From: Podarcis filfolensis
Taxonomy: Eukaryota
Strand: one strand, 5' to 3'
Length of the DNA stretch: 64,000 nt
Assembly: GCA_964270895.1 (NCBI GenBank)
Contig: OZ185440.1
Part shown: positions 50,249 to 63,818 of the stretch, in pieces
How the letters are laid out: every line of letters starts with the position of its first letter
Position numbering within the stretch: position 1 is the first letter of the stretch
Position numbers and translations under genes: made by a program
Notes under the pieces: generated by a model
Databases searched by the model: none
What the model saw: only the letters and a program-made list of their open reading frames with translations
What the model was told of the DNA's origin: nothing

Positions 50249-50915
50249 GAACAGCCTTGCTGCATTAAACCAAAGGCCCATCTTGCCTAGGATCCTGTTT
50301 CCCACAGTGGGCAACCACGTACCTACACCTATGGGAAGCACACAAGAACATGAGAGGCAATGGCATCCTAGAGAAACAAGTAGAAATGGAGCCCAATAGT
50401 TCTCCATACAGTTATAGTCCTACAAAATATGCATTGTCTGCTCAGCTGGAGGTTACATATTTTGCAGCTCTTTGGAGTTTAAAAGCACAGAATGAAGAAA
50501 GGGGTGGCTGTTGATCTGTGTTGGAGAAAGAGTTTTGTACTAGCATCTTTCCTCCCAGTAGCAGGATAGCATATGTTTATCCACTCGTCATTTCCGACCC
50601 ACAAGCATAAGTCACTGACATCCTTAGATGTGTACCATCCAATATAACGCTCAAAGTTATTTCTGTTGAACATGACTATATGACACTGCCTATCAAACAG
50701 AAAGGAGAAACATCATTCCATATCCTAATAGAGAAGAAAAATATAACACAGCTGGCACTGTGTTGTGTAAACATCTGCCATCCAATCAGGAATCAAAACA
50801 GCATTGAGCACAAGGTACAAGATGTACCAAGTAAGGGATATATACATCCCTTAAGTCAAGAACCTAGTAACCTAGTTAAAGCTAGTAACATTTTTAAGAC
50901 TTAGAATAATTTGCC

Positions 50916-50975
50916 AATAAAAAAACCATTTTTAAACTCTATTTGTAGACCTTGCTATGCCAAATAAAGTTTATT
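50916..50975. terminator. Cluster of poly(A) signals between DPH2 and IPO13
   Basis: AATAAA (+) at 50916-50921 and 50963-50968; TTTATT (AATAAA on -) at 50970-50975. Confidence 0.45.
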
Positions 50976-51822
50976 TTAAATCCATTGGCATCCTTCCTTT
51001 CTCCTTATTTGGGCAACTTTTCTGAAGCATTAATACACCCAAATCAACGTCATAATTGTTTATCAGATAATAGGAGGGCCACTGTATGCTATGCACATTA
51101 CAGCCCATCTGGCCAATGCTCTTAGTATCTGGCTGCGTATGTATGATCCCTGGGGTGGGGGCTTGTGATACATACCAGCAAAAAAGAAAAGTCATGGGAG
51201 TGGGAGAAGGAGAGATAGTAACTGGTAGAATGGGAACCTCCAGAAATGAGCACAGCATAAAATAGCGCAGGGTAGTACAGAGAAGTAAGACTAGCTTATA
51301 CCCAGTGTTCCAAATTCCCATTGTTCTAGGCACATTTTGCGACATGGAATTCCATTAGCGCAAGTAGCTTCTGAGCTCTGGGTGCAGTACTGTGCCTAAG
51401 ATTTCAGATTAAAACTGCAGAGTGGAAGGAAAGGACCTTTTCCTACCTTTCCACTTCCAGCTACTCTCTGAAGACTGGAGAAGAGACCCTCAAGAATATT
51501 AGTGGGGTGAGCAGTAGAAGGATAGACCATGTGAAAAATGAACATAATATTTTAGCTGCAGTTCATTCATTTTCAGCTCTGCAATCTTGTTACAAAAAAG
51601 TGTGCCTAGACATTCCGTTGTTGCGCCCATACCCTAAGTTTAAGGTGCCATTTAGCTCCAAGCTTTCATATTTCTGTTTATAACACTGCTTATACCATGT
51701 CATAGCTGCTTTCCTGGTGCTCCTGCTCACCTTCTGCTGCTGTTATAATAGTTTGCTGAAGTGAGAGGGGCATCCTGTAGCAGGCCAAGGCCCTAGAAGC
51801 AGCCAGGTGAGTTATTTTACAC

Positions 51823-51953
51823 CAGGGTGGCTAACCATTGGCCCTTCAGATGTTGTTGAACTACAATTCCCACAAGCCCCAGCCAGCATGGCCATTAGTT
51901 AGATGTAATGGTAGCCCATCATAATTAGGAGGGCACCACATTGGCTATCCCTG
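51823..51953. mobile_element. hAT MITE, 131 bp
   Basis: Ends cagggtggctaacc / ttggctatccctg; exact TSD TTTTACAC (51815-51822, 51954-51961). Confidence 0.8.
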
Positions 51954-54363
51954 TTTTACACGGCCACCCGCAATGTAGAGAAGTCACACACCTCTACCCT
52001 TCACACATGGTCCAAAAAGTGAAGAAAGAGACCACCGCATAGCAATAGACAGAAAGGCTAAGATAGACAGGAGTGGGGCAAACAAGAATACTGAATAACC
52101 AAGGAAGTATGCAACTCCATAAGCCATACTACAAAATGCAGCATAACTGTGGAGAAGCCATGTTTAGACATGAGCACTGTTCCTAATCTCCTTAAGTTTG
52201 TTTCCTCTGAACACTATTTTCAGAACATCACCTCCACATTCCATTCTCCAACTGCCATGCCATACCAGACAAAAGACAAAAAAAAACCCAAAACCAAACA
52301 CCACAAGAAAGGTATAACAGGCAGTCTTTTGCACAAGCTAGTAATGATTATGTTGCTTTTTGCTCCATGCTGCAAAGTAAGATTCAGTTCCATGGCCTCT
52401 TACAGTCTCTTGCTTGTACCTTCTATTCTACTTATACCACCTATGAAGACATGTGCAATGCAAGCTCATCAGTCAAGGTCCTGGACAGCAGTTGCATAGG
52501 TATCAGGTTCCGGAAAGCAGCAACATCATATGCTAAGCCCTGTAGCAGCCCATGACCACACCAGTGATCAATACCTTTCCTAATAAGGCAAAGTGTGGAG
52601 TGCTTAGATAAGCAGCATGGAAGTAAGAGCTTCAAATAAATAACTGAAAGGTATAGCACACAGCCTCAAAATGCTAATTTTTAAAGGAATGTTTCAGTGC
52701 AAAGAACACCAGACAGAAACACTGAAATCAGTGGAAAGAGAGAAGGTGCAGCAATGTACCACATGCCCAAACCTAGAAGGCACATTCTCTGCCAAGTACT
52801 GCTTATTTTGTGCATTAATGTAGATACTTCTCTTTACCGGGGTGTAATCATGGTCACTGCTATAGAAGTACCGGAGTACTGCTTTTTCCCTAATATAGCC
52901 AACTGTACTTTGTTCTTTCCATGTGCAATGTGAAGGTTTCACAGCTATTCAAGATAAGCCACCAAGCCATCTTATAGATTACTTAATTACAGATCACTAC
53001 TCCAATTTCTGATCAAAACACATAAACTACTTGGTTGCACTGATTAGTTAAACATTAAGTCCACATTTGATGTGAAGGTTTCTGATGTAATTTGACTTTT
53101 TTAACCAGTGAAAACAGTTACTTAACAAGCCAGGATTACACAAAATGCTTATCTTGTTTCCAGATTCAGAGTACTTCATCTGCCTGAACTGGAACAACCC
53201 TTACTTGGAAAAAAATACAGTATACCCTATTCACTTTTCAAGACTTGACCTAGAACAGTGCATTGTCAGTATGCTACTTTTTGCATTTACTTAAGATGCC
53301 TGATTTTGTTTCAGTTTCTGTTGTCCCATAAGCATATTCTTCCCCAAGAACATGTTTTGCCTTGGAAATGCAGAAGCTCCAGCTGATGTCTACATAAACC
53401 TCTAGTACAGCAGTTCTCAAACCATTTTTTCATGGACCACTTGGAAAATGCTGTGGATGGTGCAGGGCTCGGCCAGCTACTTTTTTGTTTTATAACTCAT
53501 ACTCTAAATAACTGCAGTCTTTTATTTCTAATGCGATGGATATGCCTGTTTTTTTGTGAGCAACGTTCTGTGAAGTCCATCTCCATCATCAGAAAATATA
53601 AAGTGCGGGGCCAAGTACAGATACTTTTGACCACCCCACAAACCACCTCAATGGAGCCTGCAAATGTGTTTGAGAACTTCTGCTCCAGTACTTACCACAC
53701 TGGTATCTGCTATTGTTATTTAGATGGTTCAACAGTTACTTTGGTAAGCTCTTGTTAAATAGAAAGGATTGACTAAGGTTCAAGCCATCCCAACCTGCTC
53801 TTATGTAAACTGAGTTTCACTACCGAGGGTTAGGAAACATTACAGCAAGTCCCAAGTTAGGAACCTACTCGTGTTGTATGGGGAGGTAAGACTGAAACTA
53901 GCCCTGGAGTCATTCTGAATTGCACATTTGCTCAAACTGGTTAGCCTCCAAACCTGCAATACCAACAGTCCCCCATATGAAAATTATTTGCTCCTCTTCC
54001 ATCCTTCCACCATAAACAGTAGCGCACCCTCAGATCCATTGTCACATCTTGATCTTCAGCTGTAGAAGCAACCAGGGATATTTTTCATCAGAGCGCGTAA
54101 AGGTGGCTGCAACCCTTTTAAATGAACCTAGAAACTATCATTCATATTACAGGCTAGTATGATAATATGCCTTCCACGGGATGCTACTATAGATTGTTGA
54201 CTGCAAAAAGAAAATTTGAACTGGTTACGAAACTTTGCCAGCACACCAAGAAATGCAAAGGCTGGCAGGTATGCTTCCTTCTGAGAAGCTAACTTTGATT
54301 CTTTCCAATACTTTGTTGCAGAATTTGGATTTCTTCTTTGTCCAAAACGACATCGTACTCTTC

Positions 54364-54369
54364 TTTATT
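54364..54369 (-). terminator. Proximal poly(A) signal, IPO13
   Basis: TTTATT about 500 nt below the IPO13 stop codon. Confidence 0.6.
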
Positions 54370-54871
54370 ACCCGTTAGGCTAGGGCAGCTATAAGTGCAA
54401 CTGCAGCTGCTACAGCTTTTTACCCTCCCCTGCCCAATATTGTCCAGAAGTTACATCTCTTCCCCCAATTCACCAAACACCACAGCTTAGAAAAGCCTTA
54501 ATATAATTCAAGGCTGCAGGGCCTTCCACTTCAGTCAGACACAAGCTGCCTCATGCAGGGCAAAGGCAGACTCTTTAGGAACAGACAATACCACAGATAT
54601 GTCTACAGGAGTGTGCTGGGAAAACAAGGGGCAATCATTGCACCAGTCTAGCAGGGGGAGGAAATCTCCTCAGCTCCAGCCTGTGCTCCAAGTCCTTGTA
54701 GCCTGCTGCCTCTGAACATGCAGGAGGGATGGACAAACAGCTCATTCTTGAGAGGAGCAGCCTCAGCAGGTTAGTTGCAGTTATCGTCCTATGAGCTGGT
54801 TCAATAGCAGCATTAGGCAGTGGCAGGTAGCCAGCAGATCTGTTCATGCTCCTGTTTTGCTACATGGCCCC

Positions 54872-57800
54872 TCAGTAGTCTGCTGTGTATTCGGTACCAT
54901 GCAGTCCTCGGCACAGCAGTGTGAACTCCTTTACCATCTCCTTCACACGCCGTTTGTTCACACGCTCTCTGCTAACACAGAAAAAGAATGATAAGAGGCT
55001 GATATAGAAGAATGGTGAATGAGTCACTTAAAAAAACCAGCTAGAGCTGAGTCGGATGTTCCCATACACAAGGGCACCACCCAGTGCCAAACCCATAGAA
55101 TCCCCAGCACTGAGAGCTGGGTACTGCAGACGTGCTCCACACAGCTACTATAATCATTGCTGCCCTCCATTAAGACATCCTCTTTCAAATAACTCATGTT
55201 CCTGTTCTGCAAATTATCGTTCACCAGTGCATCTCAGTTCATCGGTGGCTGGATTAATCTAGTGAATCCTGCTCTTCCAGCCATAACAATACAAGAAGAA
55301 CCTGCCAGAACAGGCCAATGGCCCGATACAGCAGGCTCTGCTTATGTTCCTGTTATAATAATTATTAAATGCTGGTGAATTCATGGGTGTTTACATGGAG
55401 TAGCAGGGGCTTAAAGGAGAAACCAAAGCAACACCAATATAGGTACCATGTCTCTACAAGGATAAAAACTCAAGTTCATGTTTAGTTTCTGTGCTGCCCT
55501 TTTCTATTTACCTCTACTTTATATAAATACCTTGAACCTTTCTGAACATCTTAATTAATTTACAAAAAAATAAAAAAATAAGCAAGCTCTTTATTGTAGA
55601 AGATTCTGGGGAGGACTATTGAACCTGGAGAAATGCTCAGTATCTATCATGATCACTCATGACAATTTGGGGGCACAGATAGAAAGCTGAAGAGCCAAGA
55701 AACCCGCTCACACATCTTCCCCAACTCAGTCTTCCAGAAAAGTCTTCAAGAGAAAGTTCACCTGAGAATTTGCTGGCTGAAGATTTCCTTTTGTTCAGGG
55801 CTGACACGGGCTGATGGAAAACCATCCTGCTGCATCACTTCCTTGATCCAGACACTCAAGTAACTGAAGCAGTGCTTGTTGAGAGCAAAGAGGATCTCAG
55901 CAAAGTGATCCATCAAGTTGCGTGCGGCTTGGCCACCTACACCCTGCAGATGGAGCAAATCCAGTTAACACCAGACAATAATCCTCCCAGGAGACTGCAC
56001 TGCAGGAGGGAGCATTACATTACAAACCTAAAAAGGCTCCAGCAGATTGCATCAAGGAAGTGTTTTTAAAAAGGAAGTGGCCAAGGTGGCACACTTGCTT
56101 GGGAGTAAGCACCACTGAACCTAGTGGAACACGCTTCCAAGTAAGACACGAAATACTAGATCAGGTTGCAAATCATTCAGGGATATTCTGGTTAGAAGGG
56201 AGCTGAATTAATAAAACATACTGGAATAAGTGCAGCTTATCTGTGAGCATGGCTCCTTCCAGTTATTCCTTCTAATTGTCCCTGACTTAGCTTGAAAAGC
56301 CTCACTCCTTACCTCAAGCACAGCCTGCAGCAGCATTTTGCCATTCTCATGTACCACTTGTCCCACCGGTGGAATCTCCCCACAACGTGGCAATAACTCA
56401 GTCTGTAAGAAACAGTGAGAAGGAGTTGATGCAAACTGTATTGCTAGAACTCAGATATATAGCCATCTGTCTCCAGTTCCATGTAGGAGACAAGCACATT
56501 CCTGTATTCATGTCCAAACAGAGTGGAGGCATATACAGTTAGGAGGAAATGCCTCCATACAAAAAATCCCAACTGCAAAAGAAAATAAAAAGGCCCAAAT
56601 GGCAACTTATGAAAGGAGAAGCTCCTTTCTGGAATTTGGAGGACGCTCCCTCTCACCAGTTCTGGGTGCTTCTCCATCCTGTCCCAGCACAAGTGCTTCC
56701 AAGCCACTTGGCCCAAACGCAACTCTGCCTGTACCATTGGCCAATGGCAGATCTAGCAAAAGCAAAACACTCACAAAAAAGCCACAGGCAGCTTTGACAG
56801 TTGGTGCTTCAGGGAACTTCAAGGAGATCACACCTAGAGGGAAAGCAACACTTCAGGACTCAGCTAACACAATTCAAAGCTTTCCACAGGAGCGGGAAGG
56901 AAAGAAGCCTTCCCTTCTCCAAGCATAAGGACTTTACATGGAGCTTCAGCTGGTCTGATTGGAGGGGTGTTTCTACATCAAACATGCAGGCTGTTGTCAT
57001 ATATCTGAACCTTTAAGAAACACTGCCTCGTTTGGCTAAATCAGCTTTCCCAACTGCATCAAAGGAGCTCAGTTTTTTGATAGCTTAGTCTTACGGGGCC
57101 TGCCTACTCACCACAATGGAATACTGCTTTGACATCCAGGCTGCTACACAGGAACAGGTCAGGTTTCCGTTTGAGTGCCTGCAAGGTACACACACATACA
57201 CAGACAATAAACACAGCTCTGGCAAGCCGGGGCAAAAAAGTGCCACAGAATAGCTCCCTGGCCAAGACCCCCATGTGCACTTACCTGGCCATCAGCCATG
57301 GTGCACAGTAAGTCAGATATGGCAGGAAGGGAAAGAACATAAGTAGGACACTTCTGAAGTCAAGGGCATCAAGGACTCCAGGTAATTAAGAGCCTCTGAA
57401 GACACATGTAATTGAAACATTACCTAGAAACAACCTACTAGGATTCCTACTTTGCTACAAATGAAGAAATCCAGATATGTGGGAATTCCTTTCTTATACC
57501 GTCAGGAAAGGGGGCTCATCTAGTTTCAGTATTCCTGTTAAACTACAAAAAGGCTGATTTTACTTGTGACTTAATATAAATATTGCTGCCTGGCAGCTTA
57601 TTTCAGCACCATAGACAGCAAGCACAGGCAAGAATTTTACGAGCCTATCCATTTCAGCACCTTGGACAGCAATCCCCACTGTTACTTCCATTCCTGAATG
57701 ACCTAAACATCTGCTCCACCATGGCATTCGCAAAACAAGGTGAGACCTATTAACAAACAGGGCCCTAAACAACTTATACTCCCATATAGCTATGTGAAGT

Positions 57801-60800
57801 ATGTGCTTTGTCAATGAAGCACGATCTTCCGGGGCTGCAGAAGTATTGCTTGTTGTACCTGCAACTGGATACCAATCGCTGCAATGACTAGCTTCCAAAG
57901 CTTTGCATTCTCAGTTTCCACTCTACACACCTTGATTGTCCACTTGTTCATCACCCAGGTGGAAGGAGCAAAGAGAGTTAAGGGAAGGGCTGTAATTCAG
58001 TGGCAGAGCATCTGCCTTGCACACTGAAGCTCTCAGGTACAATTTCCGACATCTGCAGGTAGGGCTAGGGATGCCCCCCGCCTGAAACCTGGCAGAGCCA
58101 CTACCAGTCAGTGTAGACAATACTAAGCTAGATGGACCAATGGTTTGACCTGGTGTAAGGCATCTTCCTATGATCCAACGTTATGTCCCTTTCTGTCATG
58201 CAATGGTAAATATCTGCCTGGTGCTAATCTGCATTGTTTTCAATGGCTCTTGTATCGCAAATGCTACTGTTAAAACTGCAACGGAATATTGCTAATACTC
58301 TAAAGTTTTAAAAATGATTTTTATTCCATCACCCTAGTAAAGAATGTTTCGTTTGTTTGCATCCCTCCAAGTACATTTTTACATATTGACGGCCAGTTTC
58401 AACTAATGAGCCCCACTAGCAGAACTAGCGCAATGGGGCTTCCCCTCTTCCCTCTCCCTGCACCCAAATTGGCTGGAGAAGGGCCAGGAGGCCCCCCAAA
58501 ACAGCATGCAGGAGGAAGAGAGGGGCATCATTCCATATGGCAAGATGAAGCGCTTGCTTTGACAGAATGATTGCCATAGTGCTATGTTGAATTCCTCCCG
58601 CAATGTGTTACAGCCAACTAAGTGGAAACAGATTTGCTTAGTACACAGTGCATTGTGAGCCATCAGTATAGAAATAGATAAAAAGGCCAATTAAATCAAA
58701 TGTCTGAGCCCACACATCTTTGTATTCCATTACTGAAACATTTGCTCATATCCAAAGTGAAGCAAATTAAACCATGCAGAATAAATTATATTAATACCTA
58801 TACAGGTCTCCATAAACAATTTAGCCAATATACCACATAATGACAGCCAGTTAAAGGAAACTCAGTGCTAGCTCACAATATGCTCATGACTTGACACTAA
58901 CCCTTTGTCTCTCAACAACTACCTTTGTATCAAAGCAACCTTATGGGGGTGCGCTAAAACTAGGACCTCTAAGAACATATTTAAAATTTTCATGTAAACA
59001 CCTATGCTAGAGGAATGACTCTAGTGTTCTGACATTTTAAGCAATTAAAATTGTTCCAACAAAAGATCATTCTTTTGCATCTCCCTTTCCTCTTCACTTC
59101 TTTTTTTCTTCTACATGGCAGTACACACACACAATTTCAGGAAAGCTCAAATCTATATTTAAGCCTAGGCTGCTGGTCTTTTGATTTAGGGATAATATAG
59201 GCATTAGTGGGGCAATACTTGCAAATCAAGATGATTTGATTTTTGAACAAAGAAAGGAAAATGGTATATATTCTTGCATAATTCTTCCCACAGACACAAC
59301 ATTTATGTTTCACAATGTACCAGTCCACTTGAATGGACAAGCAGTGTTGTTACATACTCAATGGTCTTCTCATTTTAGCAAACTGACCCTTCTGCTAGGC
59401 CTGTATTCTAGTCTCACTAGATGGCTTCAAAGAAAGTGCATGCCTGATGCTGATGCTGTGAAGAATTTTCCTACTGATTTGTCTTCACACTAAGCGTGAG
59501 GGGAGAACATTCCCCTAGGATTTCAGACTTCTCAAATATTCCTATATCCAGTGTCTTTTAACTTGGTTGTTGGGACAGAACGAGCCTGGACATGGGCCAC
59601 CAGTTGGGCAAGTTAAACACAGTAAATGTTAACATAAGTCTTCTAGGGCATTGCCAATTTAGGCTTACTCCAAGAGAGAAGGGTATAGGTGACATTCTGC
59701 CAACGGGACACCGTCAGCAAATTATAGGAAAATGGCAGACTGCAGAAGTTGCACTTTCAAATGCAACCCAGTCCTCTTTGCCTCATACAGAATCCAGAAC
59801 CATGCATAGTTTGGAACCATGTTACCTCAAGGGTCATATTCTCCCATATAAATCCACTCTGCCTCTTTTGTTTTAGTTGAGTTCTTGCTCCAAGTACTAC
59901 AGGTGTATGTAGGCTGGTAGCCATAAAGAGCATGACTCTTTGGGTGATGGCAGCCTGCCCTTGGAAGTGTCTCTCTAGAGAGTCTGCTAAGATGCATTTT
60001 GGTGCATGGCCCAAACATATTTTTAGCAAGGCAGTTGGAAGATGAAGAGTTTCAAATGCTGGACTACTGTAATTAATCTTTTAGTTACAAGTGTTTCGAA
60101 TATTGCTTCAAAATTTTATTGTATCTTATTGTAAGCTGTTTTGTGGGACTGGCGGACCAGGAGGTAGTATTTTATTTTTTTACTCAAAGAATGAAAGTGC
60201 TAATGACAATATGGGGAATAACCAGTATATCAGCTGCCTCTCTCTCCTCTTTTGGGGTGTGTGTTAAGTTTTAATGTGAATGCTGAGAGATAGCAAAAGT
60301 GCAATGGGACTTAGGCTCACAGATGAAGTAGAATAAGAGACAATAAGAATGCCAGTGACCCCAAGATGCAGGGTGCAGTGTCTCCAGACCACCAGCTTTC
60401 ACATCTCCAAATGAAGTGGTGAACAAAACATACTGGGCACTGGTAGCTAAATCAGCCCAAACCCAGGCAACTTCTAATTTGAGCTTCTCTCAAATTTTAT
60501 GGAGGCAAACAAACAATATTTATTCAACCAAGGGAGGAAAGTGTGTGTGTATGTGTGTGTGTATATATGTGTGTATATATGCAAGAGAGGAAGACATACA
60601 ATATAAAAAAGTATTAATAGCGTTGTTTTGAGTCCACTGAAACACTACTGCTTTAATTTCCAGCATGGGCCAAACTATGACACCCACTGTCCCAGACACA
60701 GTGCTGCATTTTTTAATTCTTCAGGATGAATATTGGCTGGTGATTAGGTCTCATCTGGATGCAGTCAGTCAGAAGATCTGGGGTCCCAAGTTGTTCCATG

Positions 60801-63800
60801 TCGAACTGCATGAGCTACTGTGGGGCTTTCAACTGTGTCTGGATGCCCCAGGGGCTTCTCCTAGTCCCTCTCTTCACATCTACCATTCCAACTCCTTTTC
60901 CTTCATCTGGCTAAAGCTACTCCCTACCCCCCTCCTAGGATGAGATTGTTCCAACCCTTTCCTGAGAACATGGATCCACCATAGGGCTCCACCTATATAA
61001 TTATAACTGATTTCAGTATTTGATATTTAACTGTACATTGATAGCTGACATCCCCTTAACATGATGACAAAACAAGAATAAGAACTCTAAAGGGTGGCAT
61101 TTTAATTTTGCGATTTGCTGTTGTCAAATTTCAGAATTTTCTGGAAGTTTGTTACTGTGTTACTGAAGAGAAGTGTGAGTATTAGCTGATGGTCAGGGGT
61201 CCCTTTACCTTTACCTATTAGCAACATTGCCTCCCATATTTGCATCTGTATTAACTGCCACAAGGGGGAGCTAAGCACTCAGATGCTTCCCCCATCACAG
61301 TATACAGAAACCCCATTAGGCAACAATAAACCAGAGCCAACGAGAAAGCATCTTATTACAGTCAGGAGATCAATATATAAGATCCCACCCCATTCTGCTC
61401 CATCAGTTCTTAGTGCTGCAGCTTATTTTCAGTCTAGGGATTGCTCATTCTAATCCACTTGCTGTGGGTGCTTCATCCTTCACTTACTCCAGGGAATGAT
61501 ACCCACCAGCCTCTGTTTGTATTCCACCACCACTGCTTTGCCCTGCCCTGTGCATGATGTCATTACAGCATTAGAGACAGAGCTCTATGGAAGATGCACA
61601 ATCTGGGGGGAAAAACAAAACACCAGACACAGGAAGCCTTGGCAGAAATGCTGGAGTGCAGAAGGGTTTTGGGGTCAAACACGGGAGACAAGGCTCATCT
61701 GCTATGCTTGCCCATTAGATCAGCTGCCCCTCCCAGATCCACCAAGTTACTGAATACATCACTCCTACCTAATAAACAGAAACTATGGACTTGCCAGCAT
61801 TTGTAAAGAAGTCAGAGTCACTTCAGAAAACCATGCAGATCTATACCAGGACTGGAATGCTGCTGCCAGAACTCTTGAACTACATTTACCAATTTTTCAG
61901 CAGCCCCCTTCTGGGCAAGGCCACACCACATGACCTGAAAACAAACCCAACCTACAAGCCTTGTTGCATCACTAGGTATTGCCCCTTGGGGAATGGAAAG
62001 GGCAAACTCACACCTATGAAAAAGGAGAATGTTTTGTTTTCAACTTCCACGGAAACAGATGGAGAAACTCGATATTCAACTAAAAGGAAAAAACGTTGTC
62101 AACAGAAAGCTAAAAATAGGTTTAAATTGAATTAAAAAAGAGAAAGAGAGAGAACAGAAAGTGAATGAATAAGAAACTAAAACACACCTGTGCCAGGAGT
62201 TGCATAAATGAATCAACAATATCAGGATGATCCCTGGGCCCTAAAAATATAATAAAGATGTAACTGAAGAGAAAAATCATACAAACAGCAACTCAACATC
62301 ATATAGTTATGTGATACAGAAAGAATTTACAAGTGAAAACAGGAGTAAGGGAAGGAAGGGGAGGGTGCAAGGGGGTGGGTTGAGGAGGGCAGGCACATGA
62401 GCAGCTTGAAGCAAGTTAAAGAAACAAAACATACAAAAATCATGGAGCTTGGAAACCCAAGAACAGAAAGAAAGTGCAAAGGAATAGGCCTGTGCCCAGA
62501 GTCCCCTGCCAAGCACCGAGGATAGGAAGGGGAGAGCTCATTGCACCCTAGCAAGGGAAGAGAGAAGCAGGAGCTAACTGGAAACCAGCTTCATGTGGAG
62601 AACGAGCACATTTGAACTGGATACATGTTATCATGATTTACTTGGTCCTGAAAGACAACTCCAGAGTCAAACAACAAATCCAGTATTGACATGGAGTAGG
62701 CACAAAGTATTGGAAATCCACTAGAGTGCCGGATGGACAGTCCCAACACAGTATTTTCCTAACACCCATGTCCACATGCCTGCCTAGTTGGGAAGAACCC
62801 AACTTTCTGGCATTTTCTGCAGGGAAAGGCCAGTGTGGTTGCTGGTAAGCATACTTCCATTCCACAAAACAGAAAGCCTTGTGGCATTATAAATTTAGCA
62901 AATTTATTATCACATAAGCTTTCCTGGATCTGAGAATTCTCTTCCTCCATGTTGGCTATGCCTGACCCAGTCAGGCAGTAACAGGGCATCACTCCAAGTA
63001 CTAGTTGCTCCCCATCAATTCTGAGTTCAAACAAGAACCTGGAGAAGGAAGCAGATACCCCACCAACCATGCTGACTGGATCTGTACATGTATTCCAAGT
63101 TTTTCATCTCAGCTGGGGTCAATATGGCAGTTCCATGCAAAGGCAAGTCCAAACACTTGCTGGGAATTTCACAAAGCTGTAAAAGGAATCCTTTGAGCTG
63201 GAGAACCAGGGAGATAGGATACAGAGTCCACATGACAAATGTTTTATTTAGGCCACAGGAAAAAAAAACCCTGATGAATATGGTCGACTCCATAAAGAGC
63301 CATGATGGGGTTAACTGAAAGACATTACAACACACTCCTGAGTGATTCTTGCTTTCTACTCAGAGCCGATTGCTCGCTTCATCTTCCTCTTGGGGCCCTA
63401 ACCCAGGAATCTGACACGGGGAGGGCACATTTCCAGTCATGAAGGACAGGAGAAGAGGGGGAAATGGCAGCACTACTGTCCACTCAGGCACTGATACCTG
63501 AGGAGAAGCATGCCAGAGAGTCCACCTTAGCAAGAGCTTTTCATCTTCATCTGTACCAGCTAAAAGCTTTTGGAACTGAACGAGCACAGCCATGACCTGA
63601 GGAAGGTGTTCCCTCCCCCCACCTGCACACACCTTATAGTCGAGTCTGAACAGCTGAAACCAGGAACAGCAGTTTTCAACGTGGCAGCCTCACAAGACTG
63701 AAGGTGCCCAAGCACACGTACCTTGCTGAAACAGTGTTAGCGTAACTGATGTGACGAGCAGAAAGAGTGCCTTGATAGGTGGGAAATGGGCAGGCTCATG

Positions 63801-63818
63801 GGCAAAGATGTGAACCAG
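54872..63818 (-). CDS. IPO13: Importin-13, C-terminal 214 aa (last seven exons; 5' part outside the window)
   Basis: Exons (-): 63818-63722 (LVHIFAHEPAHFPP), 62240-62188 (GPRDHPDIVDSFMQLLAQ), 57178-57112 (ALKRKPDLFL), 56833-56775 (LKFPEAPTVKA), 56402-56313 (TELLPRCGE), 55943-55762 (LFALNKHCFS..SPEQK), 54968-54872 (ERVNKRRVKEMVKEFTLLCRGLHGTEYTADY*) = 645 nt; phases consistent. Confidence 0.97.
57982..58172 (+). mobile_element. tRNA-derived SINE (Squam3-like)
   Basis: gggctgtaattcagtggcagagcatctgccttgc (A box region)...ggtagggctaggg...gagccactaccagtcagtgtagacaatactaagctagatggaccaatgg...cttcctatg. Confidence 0.75.
60541..60581. repeat. Compound (GT)n/(AT)n microsatellite
   Basis: gtgtgtgtgtatgtgtgtgtgtatatatgtgtgtatatatg. 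Confidence 0.9.
61187..61215 (+). mobile_element. Extremely 5'-truncated Sauria SINE (29 bp)
   Basis: tgatggtcaggggtccctttacctttacc matches the 3' end of 14700-15062; flanked by TATTAGC (61180-61186, 61216-61222). Confidence 0.8.

Noticed and set aside
56938-57010. 73-nt poison-exon candidate splitting a 278-nt IPO13 intron into 101- and 104-nt introns, with an early TGA
   Set aside because: Both sites are weak (short pyrimidine tract; CAT|GTAAAG); likely chance without junction reads.
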